This document shows positions 44,301 through 57,360 of a stretch of 64,000 nucleotides of DNA, piece by piece. The stretch lies in assembly GCA_973895155.1 (NCBI GenBank), contig OZ316892.1, forward strand, positions 15,120,861 to 15,184,860, read 5' to 3'. Position 1 is the first letter of the stretch; each line of letters begins with the position of its first letter. The notes beneath the pieces are model-generated. The model was not told the origin of the DNA. It was given only the letters and a program-made list of their open reading frames with translations, and did not search any database. The position numbers and the translations under genes are program-made. The stretch comes from Marsupella aquatica. Its lineage: Eukaryota > Plantae > Marchantiophyta.

Positions 44301-47300
44301 TGTTCAACCTTCCATTGCTTGTACTCATTGTCACCCATGGTCTGATATCGTGGTCACCCCTGTTTCTCCTCCCAAACTAGATAGTCTCACTTTTGAACCA
44401 TCCCTTTAAGGGCATCATCACAAAGCATTTTATGATGGATTGCCATGGAATCATGGACTTCAAATGCGTTGAATGAGTCGTCGAATGGTTCAAAGAAAGT
44501 GGTCAATACCAAAGCAGTTTTGGTGAACTGTTGGACCTCAAAATTGTCAACGTGTGTATACTGGTCATTTCCTATGTCAGTAAGGGCTTCCTATACCCAA
44601 GGACATACATACAATGTGTGTGAGCATTGGGTGAGCAATGCTTGCAAGCAAGCCCAATCACGGTCATTTACTACACTATCCTACTTAGGCATGGAAGCCA
44701 AGTTTGGGCATGATGAACTTGAAGAAGATGATGAAAATAGTTTTTGATTCCACATCTGGTTGGGGAGTTTATAATCGGTTTTCCTCAACCTAGTTACGTA
44801 CTTGCGTTGAGTTGTGGACCTGCATGCATCCCACAAAACCTGTATTATAATCCCGTAGCAATGGTAGGGGAAAATGGTATGGACCCAGGCATGGATAGGA
44901 ATCTTTGGGTTGTAAGCCTCACTTCACTTGTCTTTGCCATGCTCCACCGTTGACACAATGTTCCCCTAACATTGTAGTAATTCAATGACAATAGCGCTCG
45001 TGATTGCTTTCTTCATGTAACATTCATAGCCTCTCGTTGTTGTTGTGCAACTGGGTCATTAGTATACAAGGATGGTGGAGTATCTTTGCTGATGAGGCTA
45101 TGGTTCTTGAAAACATGGCACCCATAGGTGCGCTAGGTCTTGAAAACAACATTCTTGCACGACAACATCTTACACACAGCTCTGATGCCATTTGAGGAAA
45201 AATGGACTCCCTCCTTAGCGAGTGTTCTCAGTTGTGACTCCTGTTCAGAATTCACAATGTGCACATAATTATGAGAATAGGCCCATGTATATATAGTCAC
45301 ATTCAGTTATACACTTTGGTGAAGTACAAGGAGGATCATGTTGAGCAAGGTTCATTATTACCGAGTTGCAGTGTACACAAGGCTCGGTGTCATCACCTTG
45401 CAATGGGGCTTAACTCTCCACTAGAGTTATCTTCACCACTTATGCAACTTATTATTGTTGTCTGGGTTCCTAGGACGGGCAAATAACAGGACACAAGGTG
45501 TTTTTTTCTTCTCTAACTCCTTGTTTCTCACTCACACACCCAACTAGGTAGTTTTTATTTTCACCGTTGGAAAGATAATCTCGAAGGATGGCTATCACTT
45601 CCCTGCTCCCCCGTTGGGAAACACTCACACACACCCACTCCCAATCACAACACGACAAATGCACACCCACAAGCTGTCCCTGTTGACTTCCAATGTGACT
45701 ATTACCCAAGAGTTACCTCAGCTTCCCTCACCAAGGGCTTATGGATCACCATTTTCTATTGCAATGTCAAGACAAGTGCTCGGTTCCTCTCTCATCTACA
45801 AGCTTCAAGCTTCACCCCTCTAGTGTTGAGTCACACTCGGTGCATATATGCTCACTAGACTCACATTCTCACTAGATAGTAGATTCAAGGCTAAGGCTTA
45901 CACATGAGCCTTTACTATAGGGAATAGTACAAGTTCAGATCATAACACCTCCCTTGATTCTCCCCTTGCTTGCCTACCTAACTAGTGGACGAGTTCTCTA
46001 TCCACTCTCCTTAGTGCCTTAAGCCTATGTTGTTGCCCTCCAAGTGAGCCCAACCCCAAGCTCAGCCTACAAGAGAGTGTACAAGTGAACAAGTGAGGAG
46101 ACAGCCCCCTGCTTTTCCCCTTTATTCAACACCCCATGACTCCAAACCAAAACCAAACCAAACCTAACCTAACCTAGGGTGCTAACTCAGGTTAGTGGTC
46201 ACTTGGGACTTAACCCAAGTGTAACTACTTTTTTGCTAAAGTTTAACCTGGGTTAAGTTTCTACGTACTTTTACTGCGGGTCAACTTAACTACAACCAGT
46301 ACGTACTCTGGTTTTCACATAGGTTACAAAACTGAAGCGGCAACCTCTCGGTGACACGAGTAACTAGAGTACCCTCTGGGTAACTCTTACAACCACTCGG
46401 GTTACAATTATCCTGTAAACAACATTTCTTATGGCAAAACAAACTCCAAGTTTGGCCTACAACTGAGTGTTAGTCCAACATAGAGTTTCGGGTTATCACT
46501 GAGTCTCAGGTTTTGCCACTAAGACTTGGTAACCCATACACGCACAGGTCATCCTTCTCTCAGTTGTAGATTTCCCCAGAGAATACTTCCACTTGAGTTT
46601 GTTCATGGTAGATTGCTGGCATTAGTATTTAATCAACAACTATTTATAAGTGAATGACTTTCCTATTTAACAATAGCACTATCGCCTACCAGCATCCACC
46701 AAGTGGTCGGCTTCATAAGAGTCCGACATCTTACTACAAATAACACTTGTAAGGCCTACACAAAAACTATTTAACACATTCCATTTGAGTTTAAAATCCC
46801 TGGGCCCTCAGTCTTAACTAATACGAGGAGGACGTGCGAACGCTCGAAGGGTAATTTTATTCATTTTGAACTAATAATTATAATTATTATCGGTAATAAG
46901 GGAACTTTTAATAGTAAAATGGAAATAACAAGGGGTAAACAAGAAAAGGGCCCGATCGCAGGGGGGTCCACTTCTTTTACACAGAGTGAGGGCCCAGGGT
47001 TTAAAATAGTCTCCCGGGCCTCCATGAAGTTGAGGCACCCTTGCTAGGTCTTCCCTTACCCTGGTCCCTCACTCGACTTCAAATTGACCTCAAAGTCCTC
47101 CAAATGAGCTTGGTAGGATGCTGCCATGAGTTTAACTATAGTTGATGTGTGCTCCTTAAACGAATAGCCTTTACGGCTCATTTGGTATCCCATTCAAATT
47201 CTCTAGCATGCAACAGGTTGCTACTTCAAACCCCGTTGCCGACTTCCTCCTTGCTATCAACATTTTATAGCACTTAACCTTCAAGCAGCAGTGTGAAGCA

Positions 47301-50300
47301 GCAAGATGTAGCAAACAACAATGCTATGTTGTGCGAAGTAGCATTCCTTCCCTGGTTTTCTTTTTCTTTTTGTAAAGCTCCAACTGAAATTGCCTTAGCA
47401 GTGCAACTCACACATCGATTAGATCTTACTTAGCAGCACTCCATCAAAACAACATCACCATAGCTTTTAGTAGCCTCAGTTATCATAAATGACCCCATAG
47501 CCAACAACACAACAACAACACATTGAAGCAGCATTGAGCTTCAATTTCAAAAACAAGTTTCCATTGGCAAGTAGCAGCGCCCCATTCTGTCTAATTCAGT
47601 AGCATAGCTTAGTGCTTCAACAGGATCTCACCTCCCAACCACATAGCAACGCCTCATCATAGCTCTTCAACAACACCTCCTGCTTATATTGAAAGCCAAC
47701 AACTAGCTTCTATGGTATCTTATTCTAATAATAAATGCTCTATTTCATAAATCTCTCACTTCTTGCTTCTACTTCTGTTTAAGCTATAATTGGTAGATGA
47801 GTTTAGTACACCTAAGTCTACCTAATTCTTGAGTTTTCAAGTTTAAATTTATTATGGCACTTTTCTATAATTACGCCAAGCAGACTATTTTTTAATTTTG
47901 TACTCTAGGCATTTTAAGCCACTAATTTGTCTCGTAAATTTTGTAACCTATCTTAGTCTTATCAAACCTACCCCGTCGCTTACTACCTAGTCTTCTCGTC
48001 CTTCTACTAATTATCAGGCACCAATTTTACTTCTAACCCTACTTTACTTCTAACCATCGCTATTTCTAACTCTAGTTAGTCCATGTTTAACTCTAATTAA
48101 CAACTACTACTTAATCGGCATCCGACACTTGTGTAACAAGACACACTTGTAGAAATCTGCAAACTTTGGCACATATGTACTTCCCCTTTGAAGATTCTGA
48201 GTCCACTTCAAACTTGCGGTCCAAAACTTTGCAACACTTTGGGGCAGGCTCGGGGGTCTCACTATATGGAGGACCCCCCATCACATACAACGTTTCCATG
48301 TCTATCTGACCTCCATACTTATTAAGTTATTTTTCCCTCCGCCCTTTCTTTCTTCTAATAGTCTAAAATTCAATTTCTTTCACCCCTAAAATTTGTTAAG
48401 TAAAGTCTCACATATCAATAAAAATGCCTTGAAAGAAAAGTTAAGTTTATGCAAGTACCTTGTCAAACCATATGTCAGACATGGTGCGCGTTGCGACAAT
48501 TATTCCTCCTTTCTCAACCTCAAACTTTTCTCATGTCAATGCATCATTTATATTGTGTACCTAAAGGTTATCCCAATATAAACCTTGCGTACATAGGTGA
48601 GATAGCCTTTAAGGTCACAACATGAATAATCCATTTCATCAACAATCAATTTGAACATGTGACAGAGTAGAATTGAACCCCTAATTGAGAAAATATCTCA
48701 AGTTGTCAATCCATCACCCCCTATCTATTCCACTACACCCCACTAATATAAACAGAACAAAACATATATGCTCTCAAAAACTAAATAGTAGCATGACATT
48801 CATACTGTCCATTGTGATACTGATCCAATGCACATCTATCTATTGGATCCAACAGATAAATACGATCCATAACCCTTTCTTTCATGGTTAAGCTAACACT
48901 AGGGATGACCATCTCAATATCCATCCATTTCAAATTAGTGATATCATATCTGAATTTACTTTTGCTCTTACCAATAAGACGATACCAATTTAACAACAGT
49001 TCACAAATGCTACATGGGATGCTACCTGATTGCCCTATGAGTGGAGTTGGCCTATCGATCAAATCAATTGGTGAGCAACAATTGCCCCATCTACTACCGT
49101 ACTTCTATCTCATTTGGCCCGATCTATTTGCATATTTCAAAAAAGAAGGCATAAGCTTTGTTTATCTCACTCAATGGGTAACAACCTCATTAACAACATG
49201 CAGCAGCTCCGGTCCTCTCTAATGGCCATTTCACAAAGGATGGCATAGGGCAAACTTGATGCGTAAATGATTGTAGGTGGGTCCAAGAGAGAGTGAAGGG
49301 AAAGGGCACGGGACCTCGCATGGGACTGACTGACAAGGGGCAATGGAGGGAAACAACACATGAAACGGGCCAGGACAAATTCAAACTTGTGAAACTCGCG
49401 TCAAACTCTACAAAGTGAGTCCCCAAAAAACCAGAACCACTTAAAACATTCCCAAATTATTGCCAATGTTAACATATACATGACTCCGCAAAATATGTTG
49501 GAAATTTTATGTGAGCCACATGTACCAATCAGATAGTGACATGTGTACTAAATTGCATAATCCGACACAAAGATATCCTAACTTCCTTATATGCCTTCCA
49601 TTTACATAGTCAAAAATACTAATATCCCTATTGTTCATAAAAGTTGTCCAACATATAAAGTTGACCCTATGTTCTTACACAAATCTTCTTCAGTCTTTTT
49701 TAAAACTCAATTAATGGACCCTATACTTTGTTGCACATGATGTGCAATTTTTGCGGAGTGAGACCCCCAAGGGGGCAGGTCCTTCATTGTCCCCATCATT
49801 GCTTGATTTTTTGATACATTGAGGTGGGCCTTTTTGTTGTCATGGAGTAGTTGTGGGCTGCTCTCTATAGTGAACCCCAACCTTAGCTTTTCGTGGGGTA
49901 AACTGGCTGGGAGGGGTTGAATTTGTGCGCACATAATTAGATTTCTTCTTTGTCCCACTTGCTAGAGGGACATTGGAGGGTCTCTAAAGTGTTCTTGTGA
50001 TGACCACATCGTCATCATCTGAGATGACCTTGAGGCATAGGGTGTGAGGCAAGTGGAGCTGGTAGAGCCAATAGAGTAGTGAGCAAAGAGGGTGTGTTGG
50101 AGATAGTGGCCAAATGACATGGAGCACCCTTACGGGCGGGCGGTGGTGGCAAAGCCGCAAACTCACGAGTTGGTTGGGGCAGGATGCTAAGATCCACTGG
50201 GGAGACAAGTGGGTCAAAGATCAGAGTGAGAGACTTCCACAACACCAATATGTCGTTTGCTGCCTAACAATAGAGGCAGATGACACAGTCAATTCATTGA

Positions 50301-50400
50301 ACCAAAAACTACATTCTAAATTCACGAAACTTCCATACTTAATTAGAGGAATGGGGGAACATAAATCGGGATGAATATTGTAAACAACCGCAAATTATGT
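41400..50400. mobile_element. Nested, heavily decayed retrotransposon/TE cluster (Ty3/Gypsy gag-like fragments and LTR-like blocks)
   Basis: No intact ORF. Zinc-knuckle-like remnants WCNMHG..H (+, ~43045) and CLTCCLSGSPIWAC (-, ~43560-43605). An LTR-like block TGTAAGGCC...GTAACA spans ~46748-48137. The assignments are weak. Confidence 0.45.
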
Positions 50401-52689
50401 AAGAAAGTGATCTATTTGTAATCTGAATAAACATTAAAAAACAACTACGGTGTGAAGCCAAGCCAAGTACCTGCTTCTTAGTTCACAACATTTTGCCTTG
50501 ACACTTGTAACATTTCGTGCAATCATATTACACACTTAGAAGTATGACTAAATGAGTAACAATGTACTTTATGTTTCTCATATATTTTGCATGGACTCCA
50601 CGAATGATTGGTATAGACAAGGGCCTGAAAATATTCCACGGAATATCATGGCAAAGTGAATTTCAATTCCATCAAAATTCCAGTGCATAACAGAAACACT
50701 GAATAGTAGGCACGACATTGTCTTTCAAAACAAACTTTCATTCCATCAGCATACATAGTCCTACCACTCCAACATGGAGCGTTCATTCAGGAACCTAACA
50801 GTTCAAAGTTGCATGTTTCCACGAAAAAGAAATTCCTCAGAAATTGACTAAGTATATCCATTGCTACCGCCATCGGTTGCGCCCAGAGTAAACATCTAAT
50901 GATGAACTGAAAACTTTGACTAGGCCTCACACAATAGACGACATTGAGCCCTATTGGCCAGAATCTTCGGCAATAATTTTGTGATCCTCATGTATCCGGT
51001 CGGATGAGTCTCGCCTGCTTGATGTAGGTGTGGTGTAAGACTATGGCTGGGTTTCGCTTGTAGGTGAGCGTGCGGTCACCATTGATGGGGCATTTTGCAC
51101 TATTTTAGGGGATTGATCTTGAATATCTGACCCAATTGGAATGATACTGCCGTCATCGCTTGAGTGTAAAAGTCGGGGGTGTTCCCACTGTGTAACTCGT
51201 GAGGGGTGCGATGTTTGTTGTTGTGTAGGAGTACGTGTTGGGGTCCATAGATGGGACAAGGTAGAGTACTGTTTGATGCTACAATGTCCAACTCATTCAC
51301 AGACAATACCCCGCGATGAATCCGAAACACGACATTGCAGAGGGGCGCATCCTCCACATAATCATGGATCAGTTGGAATTGATCTAGTGGATCCATACAA
51401 GCTAAACCAGTTGCAAAGAGGCCCACCAAATTCCGCGCAATATTCCAAATAGCGGCCCTTCAAGTTGGCTTCTCGTAACATTTGCGAATCCAATGTAGCA
51501 TCCAATAACAACAACTCAAATTGTGCATTCCAATACCAACAACTCAAAAGTGCCGAGTGGGAAGGTGTTCTCAATGCAAACGCCGTCTCAGGTATCCTTA
51601 AAGTGGAAGTCTCGCTAGTATGAAATTGACTAATACTGGTAAATATGCCGGGGAGTGAAACGCAGCGCAGCCCGAGAGGAGCGGATTATAGCCGGCGCGG
51701 GTAGGGCGGACTCGGGACGGGTGGCGATTGCAATAGGGACACCCCGGTAGGCCGTTTGGGGACAGGTGGGGCTGTGCAAGGGTCGGCGAGGGGTATGCTG
51801 CCCGAAAATGATACGGATTGCCCAAAGCGCTAATCTTAGTGTCATTGCAGCATGGTTACATTCCCCTCCCTCTAAACATCTCCCGGAAGCACCATTAATG
51901 TGGATCGATATTTGTAATCCCGCTGAATTAAGTTAGATGGGAGCGTGCATTAATAAAATTCTCAGAGGTCATTAATAAAATTCTCAGAGGTCTTCGCGCA
52001 CAATTATGATTGCGCAGGAGTCATGCTGAAAGACCTGCACTCACTCACTCACTGCCTACTTCCATACAGTGCGCTGTTTTTGGGATTGGATTGGACTCGG
52101 GAGAAGCGTACAGAATTCTATTGTGCAGCATTCGTCTCGTCCGCTGCGTCGTGAGGATGCCATACTGTCTCCTAGATTCACAACTTTCAGAAAGCACGAA
52201 CTCTGCATTGCTGTTCGGGATGTGAGTCAAACGAACGACTCTGAATGAATTTATTACATCTTCTTCTCCAGGACCGTACTCGGTGTATGCCGCTTGTGAG
52301 AGCGGAAACTGGAGCGGTGGACTGCGATTTTCCCTCAAACATACCGGCATCATCATTCGGTTGGTTTTTTAAGCGAACAAGGACCCACTGTATTTGATTT
52401 TAGTACTGGTTGACAGCTATCTTCGATGGTGGTGGGGAATGTTCCATTGTGGAGGAAGCAATAGCTTGGACAGCGTGAAGATCTGGGAAGATCTGGGAAG
52501 TAAATTGAACCGATCGAAGGCTTGTTTGGAGGCCTGCGTGGCTTTGCTTTTTCGTTCGGTTTAGATGGGAGAAAGGGAGCGAGGAGAATTTTAGGGCTCG
52601 AGTTCGTGTGCTGCGTGGCGGGCACGCACTTGAGTACGGCCTGTCGATCGTGGAGGGAAGACGAGTGCAGGCTGTTGAAGGCAGCAGAA

Positions 52690-55600
52690 ATGGTTCAAAT
52701 AACAGAGTTGTATCCTTTCTCATTACTAGATGTTGCTCACCCAGGGTTTTCACGCACCTACGAGCTGGATTATGCCTTGTTAACCAATCTGAACAAGCAC
52801 TGCTTCTTAGATGACGGAGTGAATTTCCCTGCTTTCTCCTGCTGAACTTAAGAATGAGATCGTCCGAGGCAAGTAGCGTCACCCACTTGTCTTTTCAATT
52901 TATTACGTACTATCTGCTTTCTGTGATCATAGTTGTGACTACGGAGCGTCGTGGTCAAGTACTGCTCACGAAAGTGGTTTTGGCGGAAAAACATGAGTCC
53001 TGGATTCATGGTAGGGATGGGTTAGCTGTCAGTCGCTTACGAATTCTTCAGTTCATATTTCCTTGCCGGCGATCATAGTTCTGACCATGGAGCTACGTCA
53101 TACATTATCGTTCGGAAGTTGTGTTTGGCCTATAGGATTTTCCCCAGGTCTTATGATAATGTTAATCATCCCTTGACTAAACTCCTCGATTTGTATTCCG
53201 TTACGAGTGATCGTAATTGTGACCGTGATCCTTCATATGATTTCAGCGATAGCGATATATACCCAGATTCCTAGTTAGTTGTCGGGAATTCAGGAATTCT
53301 ACGAGATTCCAGCGATGTGGGAGAATCGCGCTGTCTAGTGTTGTCTGTCCACTTTTCAACTAAATGAGGTTTTCATTGTCAACGTCCGCCTCTAAAGGTT
53401 AAGTTCTGTAAGACGAGTTCTATTCGAGATCTTAAACGTTTCATGTAGTCTTTTGTTAAGCTACTCTTGCCTTCAGGGGCCCGGGGTGTTTCAGTGATTT
53501 AGAAATAGAACTGAGTGGAAAGCTTTTCCCATGCGATGGACCTAGATCAACTGACCTTGTGAACTTGAGAGGAAAACCCACGCAGAATTCTTTGAGACAA
53601 CTATATATTTGCGGACGGTTAGGCGCTAGAGAGGAATGAGAGATAGCAAGAATGAGCTCTAAACAACTCTATCGAATCCTGGAATTAGTCCTCAGGCGAA
53701 AGGCGTTATAATTTTAAATGTTTGCTTGTAAGTCTTACTTGGTGCCCTAGAAACTACACATGTATGCTAGTTCGGTATTGTCTGTCATACAGTGTGCACT
53801 ATGCAGAAATCGTGTGCCGCACCCCTTGGGCATTCAAAAGTCTCACTTTCATCCTGTAGAGGTCAAAAAATTGTCATGCTCGGTTAGACATTTTGTTAAA
53901 ATTTTAAGTTTGATAATCATACCATCTCGTTGGAGAACCTTGACTCTTCGTTTCAATGAAAATCCCTGGCTATCTGTAGTCGCGTGGTGATGCCTTTATC
54001 AATAGAAGAGGTAAAACATCCGTCACATTGTTGTTTTTGTTGATTCTTCTGGATTCCATGTCGTAGTAAGTGTTGAGGGTTTTTTCCCGTTGATTTCGCC
54101 TGTCGCATGTCCCAAAATAGCTAACATGTAATCATGATAATCAACAGTTTACCGCGTATTTTTTATGTATCCAATATCTGAAACTCATTTAACGTTTTTA
54201 AAATCCATTAACGGTTTGTTTTGTTAGGTGTATTGCAGTATAGGATAGCACAAATGTACATGGTTACGAGAATGCAAGAACAGCAAACTTCTGGCTCTGA
54301 AGGTGTTGAAGTGCTAGTGAACGAACCATTTGAAAATGAAGAGTTCGGGAGGGGACAATACACTTCGAAGATCTATCATTTACAAAGGTACTCTTCAAGT
54401 AGGGGTACCTTTTAGTCTGTGAGAGCTAGATAGAAGCCACTAAATTGGTTTCTTGCGTGCTTTGCAATCATTTGACCAAGTTTTATAGTACTTCATACGT
54501 TTGGAAGTTGTCCGCATCAGGAGTGCATTCCACAAGGAAACGTATTGCACTAGTGTATGTGAGGAAACCTTGAAATCCCACATTTTGGGGGTCTTTTTGT
54601 AATCCTCAAAACCAGCGGCTATCTTAGCAATTCTTCAATCAGGACAGAGCATCAGATGAACTGATTGGATTGACTGTAGTACGTCGAACTTTTAGAGAAG
54701 ATTCAAACATTTCGTTTAACTTGGCTGGGATATTGCAAACGGCGTTCTTTCAGTAAAGCTCCATCCTGGCTAACAGCTATTGCTCCAACAAACTCATTAC
54801 TGATCGAAGAGGAGGCCTGGAACGCCTATCCAAAATGCAAAACAGGTATTTTCGACCAACGTTATGTTACTTAAACAAACTGCAAATAGTCGTTTGTGAT
54901 AGTTTGGGCTCACTAGCATGAGAAAAGTGATTCAGTCAGATTCTGAGTTCTCTAAAACTGCTTATTTAGAAGGCACCTATTGCTGGATTGTCATTCTGTG
55001 AGTTGCAAATGTACAGCTCCTTTCCTTTGGACAGAATGGACTTGGAAAATCGATGAAACGTAAGAATCTAACTTCTTGTCTTTGATGTGACGGTTCCCTG
55101 GATTCTCCAGTTCTCAAGGTAAGCCTTTTGAATCCATAAATTTCCCTTCGCAATTTTTTAATAAATAAAGGAGGTGGTGAATTAAGCTACTGTACCTGCT
55201 GGGGACGTCTTATGTTTGAATGCAGGACAAGAAGTTTTGGAGCAGTTATAGCCTTGAAGCTCCAATCCTCTTACTGATTGCATGTTTTGGGTTGCCTTTG
55301 ATTGCAGTGCCCATACTTCAACAGATTCAAGCTTACAATAGAAACTATGCATATAGCTGACAATGGTCAATCAACCAATGTGAGGACCAATCCTTCTGTT
55401 TAAAATCTCACCTCTCAAAGCAAGAAAGTACAGAATTGAACAAGGGCATAGGAATAACCACTTGAGTCTTAAGAGTGGTGTAGATATCTGGCCCTACTTA
55501 CACTCATTAACAGCTTGTCAGATGCTGTGGGTCGTATACTATTAGTATACCGTCGTAGTCTCAATTCTAAAACTGGTGCTAGTTGTGTTAACTTTGTTCT

Positions 55601-57360
55601 TTGAGTTTAGTGGTGTTAGATACCTGCTGTTTCTTCTGTAATAGGCATTAGTAGTTATAAATGGCATGTGGTCCTGCTAGCGAAGAACGTACTAATGGTG
55701 TCGCTGTCCGTCACGGAATCTCTGGTCCATAAGACTTGTCATCGATGTCTGAAGTCTGTTACTAGTTGTGGTGAGATAGAAATACATTCTGTGGATCACA
55801 GCTCCTGCGGTTCCACAGGCAAAGCTTCTTATCAGTACTTCGATCCCTATCAGGAGCATTGTTTATTCAATCTGGATTTTCTTACAATAATCAGGATAAA
55901 TGTTGCAGAAGCTAGAAATTAATGTGACATTACAATTTGTTGTTTTGCTCCGTTTGTGGTTTGTCTAACATAGATTTGAATGATGGTTGTTATTCGCAAG
56001 TTTTGTGAAAGTATTGTCTGTAGACTGACATGTATTTGGTGTTTCTTCAGGTACATAATTTACCCAGTAGTAAAGTGAACAATAGAAGGGTGGAAATGAT
56101 TGATATCGCTTCAAATGTACAAGACTACTGGAGTTATGTGATCGGTGGTGATGCGGTCGATCTTGCGACTTTTAAGTCTGAAAAAACTGGTCGAGGACCA
56201 CTAGTAGTTGGTTGGCAGGTATTTTACGTTAATACTTTAGTGTCACTTAAGTCCCCCAGCGACATAAGTCCAAATCCAGGATTGCAGTCCTTGCTTATGT
56301 TAGATGATCTCGACGAACGCATCTATTGAACATGTACTTTTTGCCCTTGCAGGAAACCAGTGATCCAGTGATGACTGCTTATAAGCTGGTCACAGTGGAT
56401 GCACCTTATTGGGGTTTTGGTTATAGATTGGAGCAGCTTGTACTGGGGGTATGTTTGTCGACATAATTACACAGTTCTGTAACTACATGAATTTCTGGTT
56501 CCCGCTAGAATGAATTTCAAAGACTACCTGTGCACTTTCGACTTTTGTGTGAAATTATCGTTGTGATTGGAATGTCTGGATCAGACATCACTAGTTCAGT
56601 TTCAATACCCATTAAACTTAATTTTGGACCTCGCTCTCTGAAGGTTTCTTAGTTTTCTACAGTAGTGCGCTTGCAAGTCTTGCTGCACGAGGAACCTCCT
56701 GACGTGCTCTCTTTGGTCATTGTGCTGGACGCCATTGATGTCATGTTTGTTATTTGTGCGTCTTGGTTGTGTGTTTGACAGGGTGAGAGGGCTCTCTTTG
56801 TAGAAAGCCACAAGCGATGCTTTGCATGGATAGATGCGTGGTTTGGACTTACTTTTGAAGATGTGCGAAAGTTAGAATTGCAGATGGATGAAGCATTAAA
56901 TATGGTGCGTTAATCGCGTTAATCCTGTACTTTGAATTTGAGAATTTCGGCCATTCGATGTTTGTTGGATCCTGAGATTCAACCAATCGGGTTACCAGGT
57001 GTGATTTTGACAATTGTGCAATCTTTGTAACTGGCGGTTTTCCCTTCAGGTTTGTAGATGCATGCCTTAGGTCACTCAATAATCCTAGCAGAGGGACTAA
57101 TTGAACGCTGCTTCCATTCTGTGCAGACCATGACTCGGCATGGTAGTGTGCAACAAAAGGCAGACAGCTTGAAGACTGAGGACAAAGGAAATGGAGTCAC
57201 CCCTTTGACCGAAACTGGGCAAAGTGGTGTCCTACAAAATTCACCCGTGGATGATAGAGAGCCACAGGTGGACTTACAAAAGAATTACTCGCAAGGGAAA
57301 TTAGGAAATGATAGCAGAGTTGATGGAAATTTATCAAACTCCGTTGCAGTGATGATTTAG
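52690..57360 (+). CDS. Phosphatidylinositol transfer protein (PITP, IP_trans/START-like family)
   Basis: Exons: 52690-52709, 53980-54010, 54239-54387, 54754-54845, 55111-55118, 55308-55379, 56051-56218, 56353-56448, 56782-56904, 57127-57360. Motifs MVQITEFRVVMPLSIEEYRIAQMY, GVEVLVNEPF, GQYTSKIYHL, EEAWNAYP, KTGRGPL, MTAYKLV and HKRCFAWIDAW. The last exon is less certain. Confidence 0.95.
52710..53979 (+). other. U12-type (minor spliceosome) GT-AG intron
   Basis: 5' splice site GTATCCTTT; branch-like CCTTGAC at 53938-53944; no AG between the branch site and the TAG acceptor. Confidence 0.8.

Noticed and set aside
51041-51600. Minus-strand ORF fragments including TQWEHP (WW-domain-like)
   Set aside because: The rest of the WW consensus is missing, the frame has stops, and no coherent exon model could be built.
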